A stretch of 64,000 nucleotides of DNA from Sphagnum compactum. Its lineage: Eukaryota. The stretch is from the NCBI GenBank assembly GCA_965153455.1, contig OZ234493.1, forward strand, positions 6,748,213-6,812,212. The letters are read 5' to 3'. The position numbers were made by a program, and so were the translations under genes. Shown piece after piece: positions 39,897-51,800 of the stretch. A model generated the notes under the pieces. It ran no database searches and was not told where the DNA came from. It saw only the letters and a list, made by a program, of their open reading frames with translations. Position 1 is the stretch's first letter. Every line of letters starts with the position of its first letter.

Positions 39897-40877
39897 TTTT
39901 TTCAGACTTAAAATTTCAGAACAGTGCTAGAACTTCTCTTCAGAAATCTCGGAATCCTCCTCCGTCTTTTCGACAAGCGCCCTTCCCTTGGTACGTCAAA
40001 TCGATCTCAAACCGCGGTTCAACTGACCAGCTTCCGGAGAAAGAAAAAAAACGTCTTTCCCTTCGGCGCTTCTACCACAAACTTCCCTATGTTTCTTCAC
40101 TCCTCCCTATGTTTCTGTCGTTACTGTCTCATGCATACCAGCTCCAAAGAAGAAGAAGAAGGCAAAAAAAAAAAAAAAAAAAAGTTTCCGACCTGGAGCT
40201 TCTCTTCACCAATTTGGACGCCAAAACATGCAAAATGTACATAAACTTACAGAGAATGTGCTTCACCCAAAATGATGCCACGAAGTAGTCTGCAGTTCAC
40301 GTATTGCGAGGGAAAAAGACGGAATTGTTCCTTGGGGCGACGCACTCCCTTCCTTCCTTCCTGCAAAGACACTCCCGCTCGGGCCACGACGACAACGAGG
40401 AATGAGGGAGAAGCTTTCCACGATCCACAGTTGTCGATTGTAGGAAAACTGTCCACCGTGGCCGAATATGGACCGTCAGATGAGGACCCAAAATCGCTTT
40501 GAAGAACCTGAAACCAGGTCCCAAAATGAGAGTCAGCACCTGGATTGAAACCTAAATAGTTCCGCACAAAATATCAGATCCAGCACATTTTCTGTAACTG
40601 ATGAAAATGTACGCATGTGCTGATTCTGAATCGTAGAATCTGCCACCTGTAGATTATGCACCTCGTTCAAAATTGGCCTAAAATTCCTAGTGTATATTAG
40701 GAGGCCATTTTCTAAACCGTAAAGCACTCGGAGGAAATTGATAATGTATTTGTAGGGCAGTTTATATTTGAGAATGAGACTTGCTATAGCATTCCGTGTA
40801 AGAGCCATAGGGTAGAAAATCCCTATCACCAAGGCTTTTTTTTTTTTTAAATTGTGTGGCACCCCACTATTATTGTA

Positions 40878-40916
40878 ATACCTTTCTCGGCCTTTTGGCT
40901 AAGATCAAGTGTAGTA
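40878..40916 (+). pseudogene. U2: 3'-truncated U2 snRNA copy (first 39 nt)
   Basis: ATACCTTTCTCGGCCTTTTGGCTAAGATCAAGTGTAGTA matches the conserved plant U2 5' end including the branch-point recognition sequence GTAGTA, then diverges. No USE element is recognisable upstream. Confidence 0.9.
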
Positions 40917-40941
40917 CCTTTACCATTTTAGCCATAATTTA

Positions 40942-40974
<33 letters not shown>
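40942..40974 (+). repeat. (AAT)n microsatellite, ~11 units
   Basis: Seen directly. Confidence 0.95.
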
Positions 40975-41521
40975 TCAAATTTTCAAAAACTTTACTAATT
41001 GTCTTGTCAAAAGTTTTTAAAACTTAATTTTAAAGTTTCAAAATGTATGGATCATTGTGTTCATTTGTCCATGAGCACCTTTGATTTTAAGCATCACATG
41101 TGAATTCTAGTGAATTCTAAGTAACAAATACCTACTCGAAATCAATACCTACCTTAAATCATCATAATTGACTAACTCATTTTGTGAAGGTCTAGTTTAA
41201 CGACATTTATACTACTTAATTATCAATACCTATATAACTACATAAGTACCTATTTGCAATAATATGTTGAATTTTTTTCAAAACTTTTTTAATATATTCA
41301 ATTTTAAAAAAAAAATTGGGATTGTACAACTAAAGTGAAAAAATGAAAAATAAATAAATATTCGCCTAAACTATTTCAAAATGGTAAGGTTACTATGGTA
41401 GTATCATTGGAAAGCCTTCAATGACTACATGTGTATCACACTCTTAAAATCAACATTTTTTTTGCATATGTTATAACAAGTGTTTTTTTAAATAGAACTA
41501 AAATAGAAATAGAAAGCACAT

Positions 41522-42488
41522 TCTATATAGTAAAGGACGTCGTGGTCGTGAAGCTTCGGGATGATATGAAGCTTTCCATCCAGATGTCGGGATGAAATGA
41601 AACTTTCCATCCATCCGTCCGTCATCCATCCTGTCATCCATCCAAACAGAACAAATATATATTTTAAAAAGGGAAAACTAGAAAAAAAAAAAAAAACAGA
41701 AAAACACTTTAACAATTAGAAACTTTTTGTAAACATTTAAACATTAAACAAAAAAAGGAAATACAGTAAAATAATCTTAAAAGAAAATTAAAAAATAGAT
41801 GACAAAAAATAAGAAACAAAACAAAGAGCAAAAGAAAGAGATAAAAAAACCATACTTGAAACAAAAATGAGGTTTGTCTTCTTTTTCCAAACTTCAAACC
41901 TGCATCTAATCAAACAAAAATAAAAAAGTTTTTTTAAATTGTTTTTATTATAAAAAAATATTAGAAAAACTAGAATTTTTTTGGAAAAGGAAATAGAAAC
42001 TAAATAAATAAATAAAAATAGAAAAAAAATGAAGATAGACAAAATAAGAATAGAAAAAATTAAAACATGAAACAAACATAAACAAAAAACGTAAAAATAC
42101 AAAAACTATAAAAAAGGAATGGAAACAAATGAAACAAGGAAAGGGAAATACAGTAAAATCATTTTAAAAGAAAAAAAATTACAAAAAAAAAGAAACCAAA
42201 TAAAGAGTAGAAAATAAGAAAAAATAAAACTTATAATAATGAAGAAAAACCCTACTTGAAAAAGAATGAGGTGTGTCTTCTTTCTCTAAACTTCGAACTT
42301 GCATCCAAATAAACAAAAATACAAAAGTGAAAAAGAAACACTTTATTTTTATTATACAAAATAATAATAAAACAGAAAACACATAAAAATAAAAAATAAA
42401 AAAGATAAAAGTTTTAAATAAAACTAAAACATGAACCAAACATTGTTGAAATAACACACCTGTGCATTAGGCACAGGGTTCAAACCAG
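41522..42488 (+). mobile_element. Non-autonomous Helitron
   Basis: 5' end TCTATATAGTAAAGG. 3' hairpin CCTGTGC-ATTAG-GCACAGG (42459-42477) is followed 11 nt later by terminal CCAG|T, a variant of CTAG. The A-rich interior has an internal duplication and no TSD is seen. Confidence 0.75.
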
Positions 42489-44014
42489 TAGACAAGGTAT
42501 AGGATGTGATTGTTTCTTAAAGATTTGTTGTAATTGAGTAAAAAATGAACACAACAAGCTTTATTCTCATGAAAAATAGGTATACATTAACATGTGCAAC
42601 TTGAGTTATAGGGGCTTTTGAAGGGTTTCAAAGGTTGTTGTAGATGTTAGCCATAGAATGCAACCTGCCATGACCCATGTGAAAGATCATATGCCAAGGA
42701 CTAATGTATTGGAGCAAATAAGAATCCAAACATAAAACTTAAAAGCACGTGTTACCATGCACCTTTTGACATGAAATTAGATAAGGGAAAATGCATTTTG
42801 GTGCACATTATATGTCCTTGATGTTTGGTGAGCTTGGCCATTTTCCTTTAACCATTCTTTTGACATAAACAACTCGCACTCAGTTGGTTTTGACTTTGGT
42901 GGGTAAAATCAACCAATTTATATTTTCATTTTATTTTTCATTTTTGTGTTTGTTGAGTTCCCATCTATCTATATGAAAGAGAAATCTATATACTATGTGA
43001 TAGAAATGCACATGTCCATGCTTTTACGTGTCTTTATTGTTCGTTAACATTAAGCTTGTACATACTCATTGGTGTAAATATTATAAAGATAGATTTGAAC
43101 TTGGTCATGAAATGGCAGCTGCAGCATTAACCTACACATGTGCAATGGTGGCACTTAATTGGAGGGGACTTTTGAAGTTGTCACACCTACCATTTCCATT
43201 AATAACGTCAGCATATTACCAATGGATGCTTTTGAACGAAAATGGGGTATTCATGTGTGTGAAGCTAACTGACAATGGGCTTTTGCACCTTACTCATTTT
43301 TGTTAGAACCTTATTGAACCATCGTATTGACTCTCATTTTTCAAATTATAATAATGATTTGTTGGCTCTTGGGATGTCGTGTAGTTTCACAAATAGGGAT
43401 TTTCAAAAGTTTTTTTCCCATTTTCATAAGCTACAACTCCTTGACCTTCGTGGTGCTTAGGTAACAAATGAACTTTCCACCCATCTCCTTACATGTCTTG
43501 GAACAGTTTAATAATAGTTATGGAATGTCCATGTTGAAGGTGTTGATGTCTTTTCCTTGGAATGGGTAAAATGGTTGTTCCCTTTTTCTCACTAAAGGTT
43601 GAAGATCTTGTCGTACCTATATAAGTGCTCTTGTAGTTAAGGGGGAAGTTACAGGGTCAAGGAAAGATAAAGGATGTAAACATACAAATACCAAGTTGCT
43701 ATAGGGGTTGGAACAAAAATAGGTGAAGCTCCATCACCTATGTGCAAATGGCAACTTATTTCACAAAGACATAAAATTGAATCTACATATGCAAATGCAA
43801 TTTTTTTTGAAACCTATAAAAACTTTCAAGAGATTTTTTTTATCAACCAAACATGGTTAGTGCCATGATGTAAATTTGCATACAAACATCATCATATTCA
43901 TTTGTTAATGGAATTGGGCATTATGCTTTTGGATAGAGAATTAGTCTATTTGATTTCGCAAATGTTGAACAACCTATGAACAGATTTGACAAACGAAGGA
44001 TTGGCATCAATCGC

Positions 44015-44115
44015 TTTATGCAAGACATTGTACATTTCAACATCCCCATAGACCTAATCTACAACAACTTGAGATAAACCATTTCCATCCTCAACCATCC
44101 ATTTCACTTGCAACG
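44015..44115 (-). pseudogene. OTU deubiquitinase domain fragment
   Basis: Translates LQVKWMVEDGNGLSQVVVD*VYGDVEMYNV, compared with the OTU consensus-type KRMxEDGNCLFRAVADQVYGDxEMYD. Most differences are C>T or G>A changes. Confidence 0.7.
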
Positions 44116-45679
44116 GAAATTGCATTATTGGGTGGCAACTTGCGATGAAAATTTCCTCCCATTTGAAAACCCCGTGTGAATAAAGAAAGATTAGAAAGTT
44201 GTGACTTAAACAAAACTTAGAAACAAGAATCCATTGACAAGAAAAAAAACCAAAAGTGCCTTATGGAATTTAAGTTGTAACAACAAATCAAAATCAAAAT
44301 TACATACTTCGTAACACCAGGTTTGGAAATACACTGAATCATAAACATTCAATGACAAAGAAATCAAATAAGTTTTATAAAAACGTAAAACTTTTGAAAT
44401 AAAACAATTTAAAAAAAAAGAAACATAAAAAAAATGTATCACCTAATTATGCCTTACATCTCTAAAAAAACCAATAATCGACGTAGGATCAACAATCAAG
44501 TTAATTGTTATTGAACAATTTTATAAATGGCTAAAAACGTGGCCAAAGGTAATATTAATGTTGAGAACATCAAATGGTTGTTGACTAAGGACTGCTTGTT
44601 GAACATGGATTTCTTACCAATCATAAATCATTTCCAACCCAAAAATCTCATCATCGAAATACTGATTCCAAAAGTTATCAAAACCCAATTCATTACCCAA
44701 TTCATTTAAAATCTCTTGTGTACCACTTGAACCAGTGACAACATAAAATCTTTTTTAATACAAAACATGAGTAGCAGCATAAAATAACCTTCGATTAGAA
44801 AAAGTAGAACCATGTCTTTATAAACCATAAAAAAAACCATGAAGAAAATGTCTTTATGGACCACAAACAATAGTAGCAACAGATGGTCTCTATGGACTAG
44901 AAGCAATAACAATTGCATAAGGTGCTTTTGAAATAGGGACAAAAATAACAACAATAGAAGCTTTTCTTAAACCAGGAAAAACAGTGGCAACAAAAGGTCT
45001 CTTTAAACCAACATTTGGAACAAAAAAAAATGTAGCAAAAGGTGTACTTGGACCAATGACACAATTTGAAGGACTAAAAGCCTCATTTGCAAAATCATCT
45101 TAAAAAAAAACTCATACACAAAAAAATTAAAATGAATAAGGATGCAATGGCAAAAAGGTAGGAAAAAAAAGAAATTAAAGTAAATAACCATGAAAACTTC
45201 TTAAAATGTAAAGAGCAACCACTGAAAATTCCTAGGTAGTAACAAATCAACATCACATTGATTTTTTATAACAAATAAGAAACAATTAAAACCCAAAAAC
45301 ATGATGAAAAAAAAAATTATTAGAAAATAAAAATAAAACATTTTTTTTTTTTCAAAAAACTTTTTTTTTCATGAAGAGTTTTGTCATAACAAAGGAGACG
45401 GTTTGCTTTTAATTCACCACTAATAATGCGATGTAAAACTCGATTTCTAAGGTGTTTGTCAACCTGATTATACCTACAAAGATGCAAACCCAATAGAAAA
45501 AAAAAAAGATTTCAAAAATCAAAAGAGGAAAATGATTTTAAAAATTTGATTGTACATACAAAGATACACAAAAAGAGAAAAAAATTGAAAATTTGGGTTT
45601 AAAAGTGGAAGGATGTTCAAAAAAGATTTGGAAAAAAATAAATTAAAAAAAAGACTCGTTTCCCATAAAATATGTGTGT

Positions 45680-47500
45680 AACATTGACCGATAACATCCA
45701 TGCCATGTTCACATGGCCTTAATGCCTCTTCCGAGAAAGAGACCGTTACTTAATAACTCTAAATTATCCTTGACTTAAGGTAATGATCATAACAACCCCT
45801 TCACTTCATTAAACATTATTGCTACCAAATCCAAAATGACATGTGGAAGATTGTGGAATAGATAAAGTACATTTTGAACTTTAGTCACAAAGCCAAATAC
45901 ATATTGTCATAGTTGCTTCTTTTGCAATGGGGCAATATTTGTTTGCTCTTCACAAGGAAAAGAGAAAACCAATGTCATAGGAAGTTCCTCATGGAGCTAC
46001 TGCTATTGCAGTTTGTCATCTCTTCTCTGGAAAATCATCCATTTTGACACCTAGAGACTCTAAATTTCAATTGTTTTTGGTTTAAAGGTTCGACGCATTA
46101 TTTAATGATGAAAATAAGGCTAAATTGTAGCTACTCAACATCTCAATTTATTAAAATTAAAAGTCTTATTACTAAATTTCAGTACCACCCAAAAAAAAAC
46201 TCCAAAAAGAAAAAGAAGAAAAACTCAAAATACGACCATTTATTTGACAAAACTTTGTTTTTCAAAGATGAGAAATCAGAGGTCAAAATATTAATGATTA
46301 ACTTCAGTTGGTTGTATCCAGCGGGTGCAATAGTAAACCATATGTCATATTTAGGTTTCCATCTAGGTTTAAGGTGCATAAAGAGAGGATGGGGACCTAG
46401 GTTTTTTAGAAGGCCAAATTGGATGATGCCAAGCCATTTCCTTGTATGTTTCGATGACATAAAAAATTGGGTAATCAACACAAGGACGATGTCCAGTCGC
46501 CAAACATCATGTGACATCGATGCGTTAGTTTTTTGACACACCTTGGCAAAATTTCAATACCAAACCGATAGGGCATTCAACCAAAAAAAACTTCTAGAAA
46601 TTTACATTATGGAGTTCAGAACAGCTGTTGATGAAGAAATTTCAAATACAAAAATAACCAAACTTCAAGTTAAGGCTTATTGGAGACGTTAGTTGGCAAA
46701 TCGATTGTGCCAACATCAATCGTTTCTCTTCAAGAGTTAGAACATATGATTTCTTAATATTCTTGCTAAGATTTGCATTTGAAGTTCGCAATGTAGTTTT
46801 GTTTCCAACAAGCTTAACTTGACTATATCTTGCATCCGTAAGGATGTTGAAACCAATTGAAGGAACAACGTTGGTTTCAACCGTTCGCTGATTTTGCCTT
46901 TGTTGGATTAGTTGATTGATAGTTCGAATCAATGCTTAAATGTTGCCATGAAAACAAAAAAGTTAAAAAATAAAAAATAAAATAAAAAATGACATTTGAC
47001 TAAACAAAACTAAAAACATCCAAAATGAATGGATATAAATATGAGTGAAACAAGAATCAACATAAAATTTGGACAGAAATAGAAATAGAAACCAAAATTG
47101 AATAATAATAATAAAATGAAATGTTCAAGAATTTTATAACCTGGTTGCAAGGGTATAGGTCAATAGAAAGTAAGGAATAACAACAACATCAATTAAAAGA
47201 AAAAAAAATGGGAAATAATTAAATGAATTGGCATGAAAAAACAAAAATTACCTTTTTTTTTTCATAAATCAAACTTGGTCGAAGGGTGAGAAGTGCCACC
47301 TTTTTTTGCAACTTATAACATAAACAAATAGAGCTTGTCAACGAAATCCTTGACGGTCTCTTCATTCTCAAATAAATTGTTTATAGATTTTTGCATATCA
47401 TAATCCCAAAATCGTCGCCAGTCATCAAACAATTTCATAACCCAAAGTTTAGTATGTTTATTGACTCTTCAGCCTCCTTTGGTAACATTGTTCAATTTAG
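45680..47500 (-). mobile_element. Decayed Crypton/DUF3504-like tyrosine recombinase element
   Basis: Ordered fragments: NKHTKLWVMKLFDDWR...LYLFML*VAKKGGTSHPST; FNILTDARY...VLTLEEKRLML...TSPISLNLKFGYFCI*NFFINSCSELHNV...SKN; LFMHLKP...IWFTIAPAGYNQLKLII...LSNK; EEALRPCEHGMDVIGQ. These parallel the motif order of CryptonA/DUF3504 proteins as recalled. Confidence 0.65.
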
Positions 47501-48504
47501 ATTCATTAATTTGAAGAAATCAATATTTTGCATTGAAATCTCACCAGAAGGAGAAACATAATCAATGGCATCATGAGATTTTCAAAATCAACTACACCGA
47601 CACCATAATCTAGAAAAGGGGAATGATTAACAATAGAAGGAGGAGGAAATTGAAATTTAGAAACATCGATTGCAAAAGGGACATCATAACCATCAACATG
47701 CAAAGGAATTGCAAGATCATCTTTTAATGAAGAATCAAAATCAAGAGGACGAGCAAAAACTTCAAGAAGTTGAATGAAGATATATGATCCATCATTTGAC
47801 CACAAAAGTTTAAGGGTATTACAACTAGTAGAAGGGATGGATGCAAAAACAAAAGGAGTAGATGGGGCAATAGGGCTTTGATCCACTAGCTTCAACAAAA
47901 CATATCTATGTAATTTCTTTGGGAAAGAATGCATGAGAAGCTCCATCATAGTTAAGATCTCTACAACAAACCTTCTTTGAAGGAGTCGTATAAAATGAGC
48001 CATAGAAAGAGAGTAGAAGAAACAATATTAAAAAATTAAAAAGAAGAAGAAGAAGAAGGAGCATAATGTAACTTACAATGTGATGCAAAACAAAAGAGAA
48101 TAAGCCACGGCAAACTATGGATGAAAAAGAAACAAAATAAAGAAAGCTTTGAAAAATAAACTTGCAAAATGAAAACAAGAAAACAAAAAAAGAACAAATC
48201 TACAAAAGAAAAAAAAAATTGTTGTAGAAGAAAAAAGAAAGAAAAAAACTTGCACAAATATTTCAGAAAACTTGCAAAAAGACCAAAAAAAGGGGGTTAG
48301 TTAATGAAATGAGAAGCAAAGCATGGAAAAAAACAATAACAAATGAAGCTAATTAATGAAACAATAATGAAATTAATTAACAAAACAATAAACAATTAAT
48401 GAAAAAGAACAAAAAAAGGGCTATTAAACGTTTACTTGTGCAAAGACATAAAAAAGAAATAGGAATAAAACATGTGCAAAAGAAAATAAAATTCCCCTAT
48501 ACTA

Positions 48505-48812
48505 AAACCCTAAACCTCAAAATCCTTCTTCCCTTGAGCATAAGACCCTAAACCCCAAACCCTTCATCCCCGACCCCAAAACCTTCAACCCGGAGCCCTT
48601 CCTCCCTTGAGGCCCTAAACCCTAAACCCTGAACCTTTTTAAGGTTCTTCCCTTGAGGCCCAAAACCCTAAACCCCTTTCAAGGTTCTTCCCTTGAGGCC
48701 TAAAACCCTAAACCCCTTTCAAGGTTCTTCCCTTGAGGCCTAAAACCCTAAACCCCTTTCAAGGTTCTTCCCTTGAGGTAAACCCTGAACGTCTTCAAGG
48801 TTCTTCCCTTGA
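48505..48812 (+). repeat. Telo-box-rich 40-bp minisatellite immediately upstream of ATR
   Basis: Unit AAGGTTCTTCCCTTGAGGCCTAAAACCCTAAACCCCTTTC occurs about 3 times near-perfectly (48641-48760), plus degenerate flanking copies. Each unit contains AAACCCTA. Confidence 0.9.
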
Positions 48813-48886
48813 GCTTTCATGGTGGAAGGGGGTAGGGAAAGGGAGAGAGCGAGCGAGCGAGCACGCAGCAGGGTAGATAGGAGGGA

Positions 48887-51800
48887 ATGGCAGACCTGTT
48901 TGCGCTTCTACGAGACCTGGGAGATCACATTGCAAACAAGGGAGAAGGATCAAGCAGTACACAACTGGATGATGACGATCCCGTCGAGTCTCGCTTCCGT
49001 TCTGTTCTTCCCAATCTTCTTGAAGGCTACCTTGTCCCTCACAAAGGTACGTCCGATTTCCTGAATTTTTTTTTTTTTTTTTTGGGTGGGTTTTGTTTTT
49101 CCTCTTTTGGAGGTGCACCCATTTTTAACAAGACCGGGGGCTTGCTGAATTTTTCGCTAGCTGGAATATTTTCTACTCGTTTGGAAACAGTACTATTCCT
49201 CCAGAATTCAATCTCATTTCAGCTCAGAGTTTTAGGGTTTCTGAAATGGGGTGGGGAGAATTTGTGCACCCATTTCAGTCATAAAATGTAAGCTTCTCTA
49301 GATGTCCCATTGCTCTCAGCTGCTAGCCTACAACCAGAAAACAACAGATTAACATCAATCCTTTGAGGAGGAGATAGAGATTGATGTTTTTGATCTGAAA
49401 AGGGTAGTTCCAAGGGGATGATAGCAGCTGAAGACCAGGTTCTGTTATTTCATATGTACAAACCCTAATCCCAATGTGCATGCGCTGACAAGGGGTTTAA
49501 TGAAATTCTGAGAGGAATACATGCAGTTAAAGAGCGGGAGCTTATGGCCATTCTGAAGCTACTTTGCCACACGGTGAAGAACTATCCAGGTGTATTCTTT
49601 CATGGGAAGGGCCATGCTGTGCTTCCAATTCTAGGCCGCATCATTCCACTCTTTGCAGAACCAGACTTAAGGCCAGACCCTTCTTCTTTTTCCCTCTCCT
49701 AAAAACCAACCCAATCCTTGTGTTATGATGGTTGTGGTGGTCTTTGAACCTCATCCTTTGGCATGTGAAGATACAATTCAGATTAATGGGAGTTGTCACC
49801 TTTTTACTCAAAAGATTCCTGAATTCTTTTGTGATTCTTGGCTGATTAGACTGTTTGGCTGTCTGTGTGTGTTTGCAGTGTGCAGCACAGTGGACTCTTT
49901 GATACATTATGGTCTCTGCTGACATTGCTCCGTTCTGGTGATCGGGATATCTTTTGTCAGATCTTCACCGGCGCCATGATGCTTGTTGAAGGTTTCAACA
50001 CACTGCTGTTCCCAAAATATGTTTCTTCTGATAGATGAAGGAAGGATCCTTTTTTGTTCCCACTTCTTGGCTGATTTGATTTTTAAATTAGTGTCTTTAA
50101 CAATGGCTACGACTGGGTTTTGCAGATCTTGTCTCAGTTGCTTCGTTCTATGCTTCTCCAACAAGCTTCACCACGTGCACATCTGTTTCTCTGCAATGCT
50201 ATTTGGGGGCATATTCTGCAATCCAGAGTGGATCAGAGGCTGGTGGCCCTGGATACTTGCCTCCATTGTGCAAAATTCCCTCTTGTTGGACCCCTCCACA
50301 GGGCCCTGGACTGCTCATTGAGGTATCTGGTGACACCAGATGGCTGCCACTTGCAGAATGGACTCTTCAGCTCTTGACTCGATGCCTTACAGAAGTGGCT
50401 ATCCATGTTGAAGGCCTTCTGACTCCTTCGTTTCTGACCACAGTTGGCTGCTTATTGAGCTATGGGGATAGTCAACTACATATGGTAGTATTCTCCTATT
50501 GCCTGTGTTCTCTCCTGTGTTCATTAAACTGCCTTAGGTCATAGTATCACAGATCACATTTCTTCAAAAGTTTTCATGTTTCAAGGATTTGGTTTGTGCA
50601 CTGCCTTATTTATTTTTCACTTGCAGAATTTATGTTAAAAAGAATACATGATCTTGTGCTAGCCTCTTTTTGGAAGTATTCTGAGCCTTTGATAGCATGC
50701 AGACATGCTTTGATTTTCTACGGGCTGCAACAGTCGTAATGGATGCAGAAGCTATTCCAAGCGAAAAATTGATTCTGTCCATCATCTGTATCCTATCTCC
50801 AAGTAATGGGTTACCTCTCCTCTTTAGGTACTCACCAACCTGATAGAATGCAATTGTTTTTCCTTGAGCTGAGCTGTGTGAGACCAGTCTGGCCCACAGC
50901 AGTTTACGTTGTTTGCTTGTAGTGATTGCTGTAGTCAATGTGGGGGTAGAGTCAAGTATGTTTCATTCAGTGACAGTAGAATGGGTATACTTTGCAGGAC
51001 TTGCAAATTGTGATAACATTAGGTGTTCACATGCTCACAGACCTAGTTTGTTGTGGTTGGCACTTCAGGACTGCTGCATATGATACATCTCTAGGGTCAT
51101 GCCTTGAAGCTTTATATGCAACAAGCCACTATGGCACTATAGAGTGTACAGCCCAATCGCTTTTCAATGTCCTTCCTCAGACTGTGAAGCAATCACCTAG
51201 CTTGGAGCTCAAAGTACACATTCAGTTCCTTCCACTGCAATTGATCAGTTTCCTTTAGAGTATTTGTGCTGGTTTAATTTCAAAGGCTCTCAAGCTTCCT
51301 GTAGATGTCTGACAACTTTCTTCCCTTCCATGTATTTCCAGTTGGTCATAGCTGACCATTTAGGAACAAGGGCATGATCTTCTTATGCTTCTGAACATGA
51401 AGCCAAAGATCTCATGTGCAATTCCTTTGGTCCTAATGCTATGCAGTTTCTCTCTCTCAGGTAGCCATGTGCAAAATATTCACAATGGTCATCAAGCAGA
51501 TCCCTTCATATTCTGAGCATGTATCTTCCCTCCTCCAATTGGCATGCATCCCAGAAATTGTCTTGGCACTCAGTGACTGTATACAAGTGGCGCTCGAAAA
51601 TCTTGGATTGGAAAACGTGGCAGGCGCTGCTGGAGAAGCTCCAACTTCCAATGAAGCTCAAGTGCCATTGAACACCACTGATGGTATTGATTGCATTCTC
51701 CTGACTTTGTGCTTGATCCTATTTGTAACGTTAGTTTTTAGCCATATTCTGCCAGATAGGTACCTTTTTGTTAATCCTCTCTCAGTTTTCCCCTCTTTTG

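Noticed and set aside
40878-41070. Functional U2 snRNA gene
   Set aside because: Similarity stops after 39 nt; no Sm site, 3' stem-loops or recognisable USE.
41488-48300. Numerous F/L/K-rich ORFs in the AT-rich spacer
   Set aside because: These are by-products of poly-A/T low complexity. Only the fragments assigned to the Crypton-like and OTU relics show motif content.
48641-48812. CRISPR array or true telomere
   Set aside because: It is a head-to-tail 40-bp minisatellite without spacers, lies internal to the chromosome, and is not a pure telomere tract.
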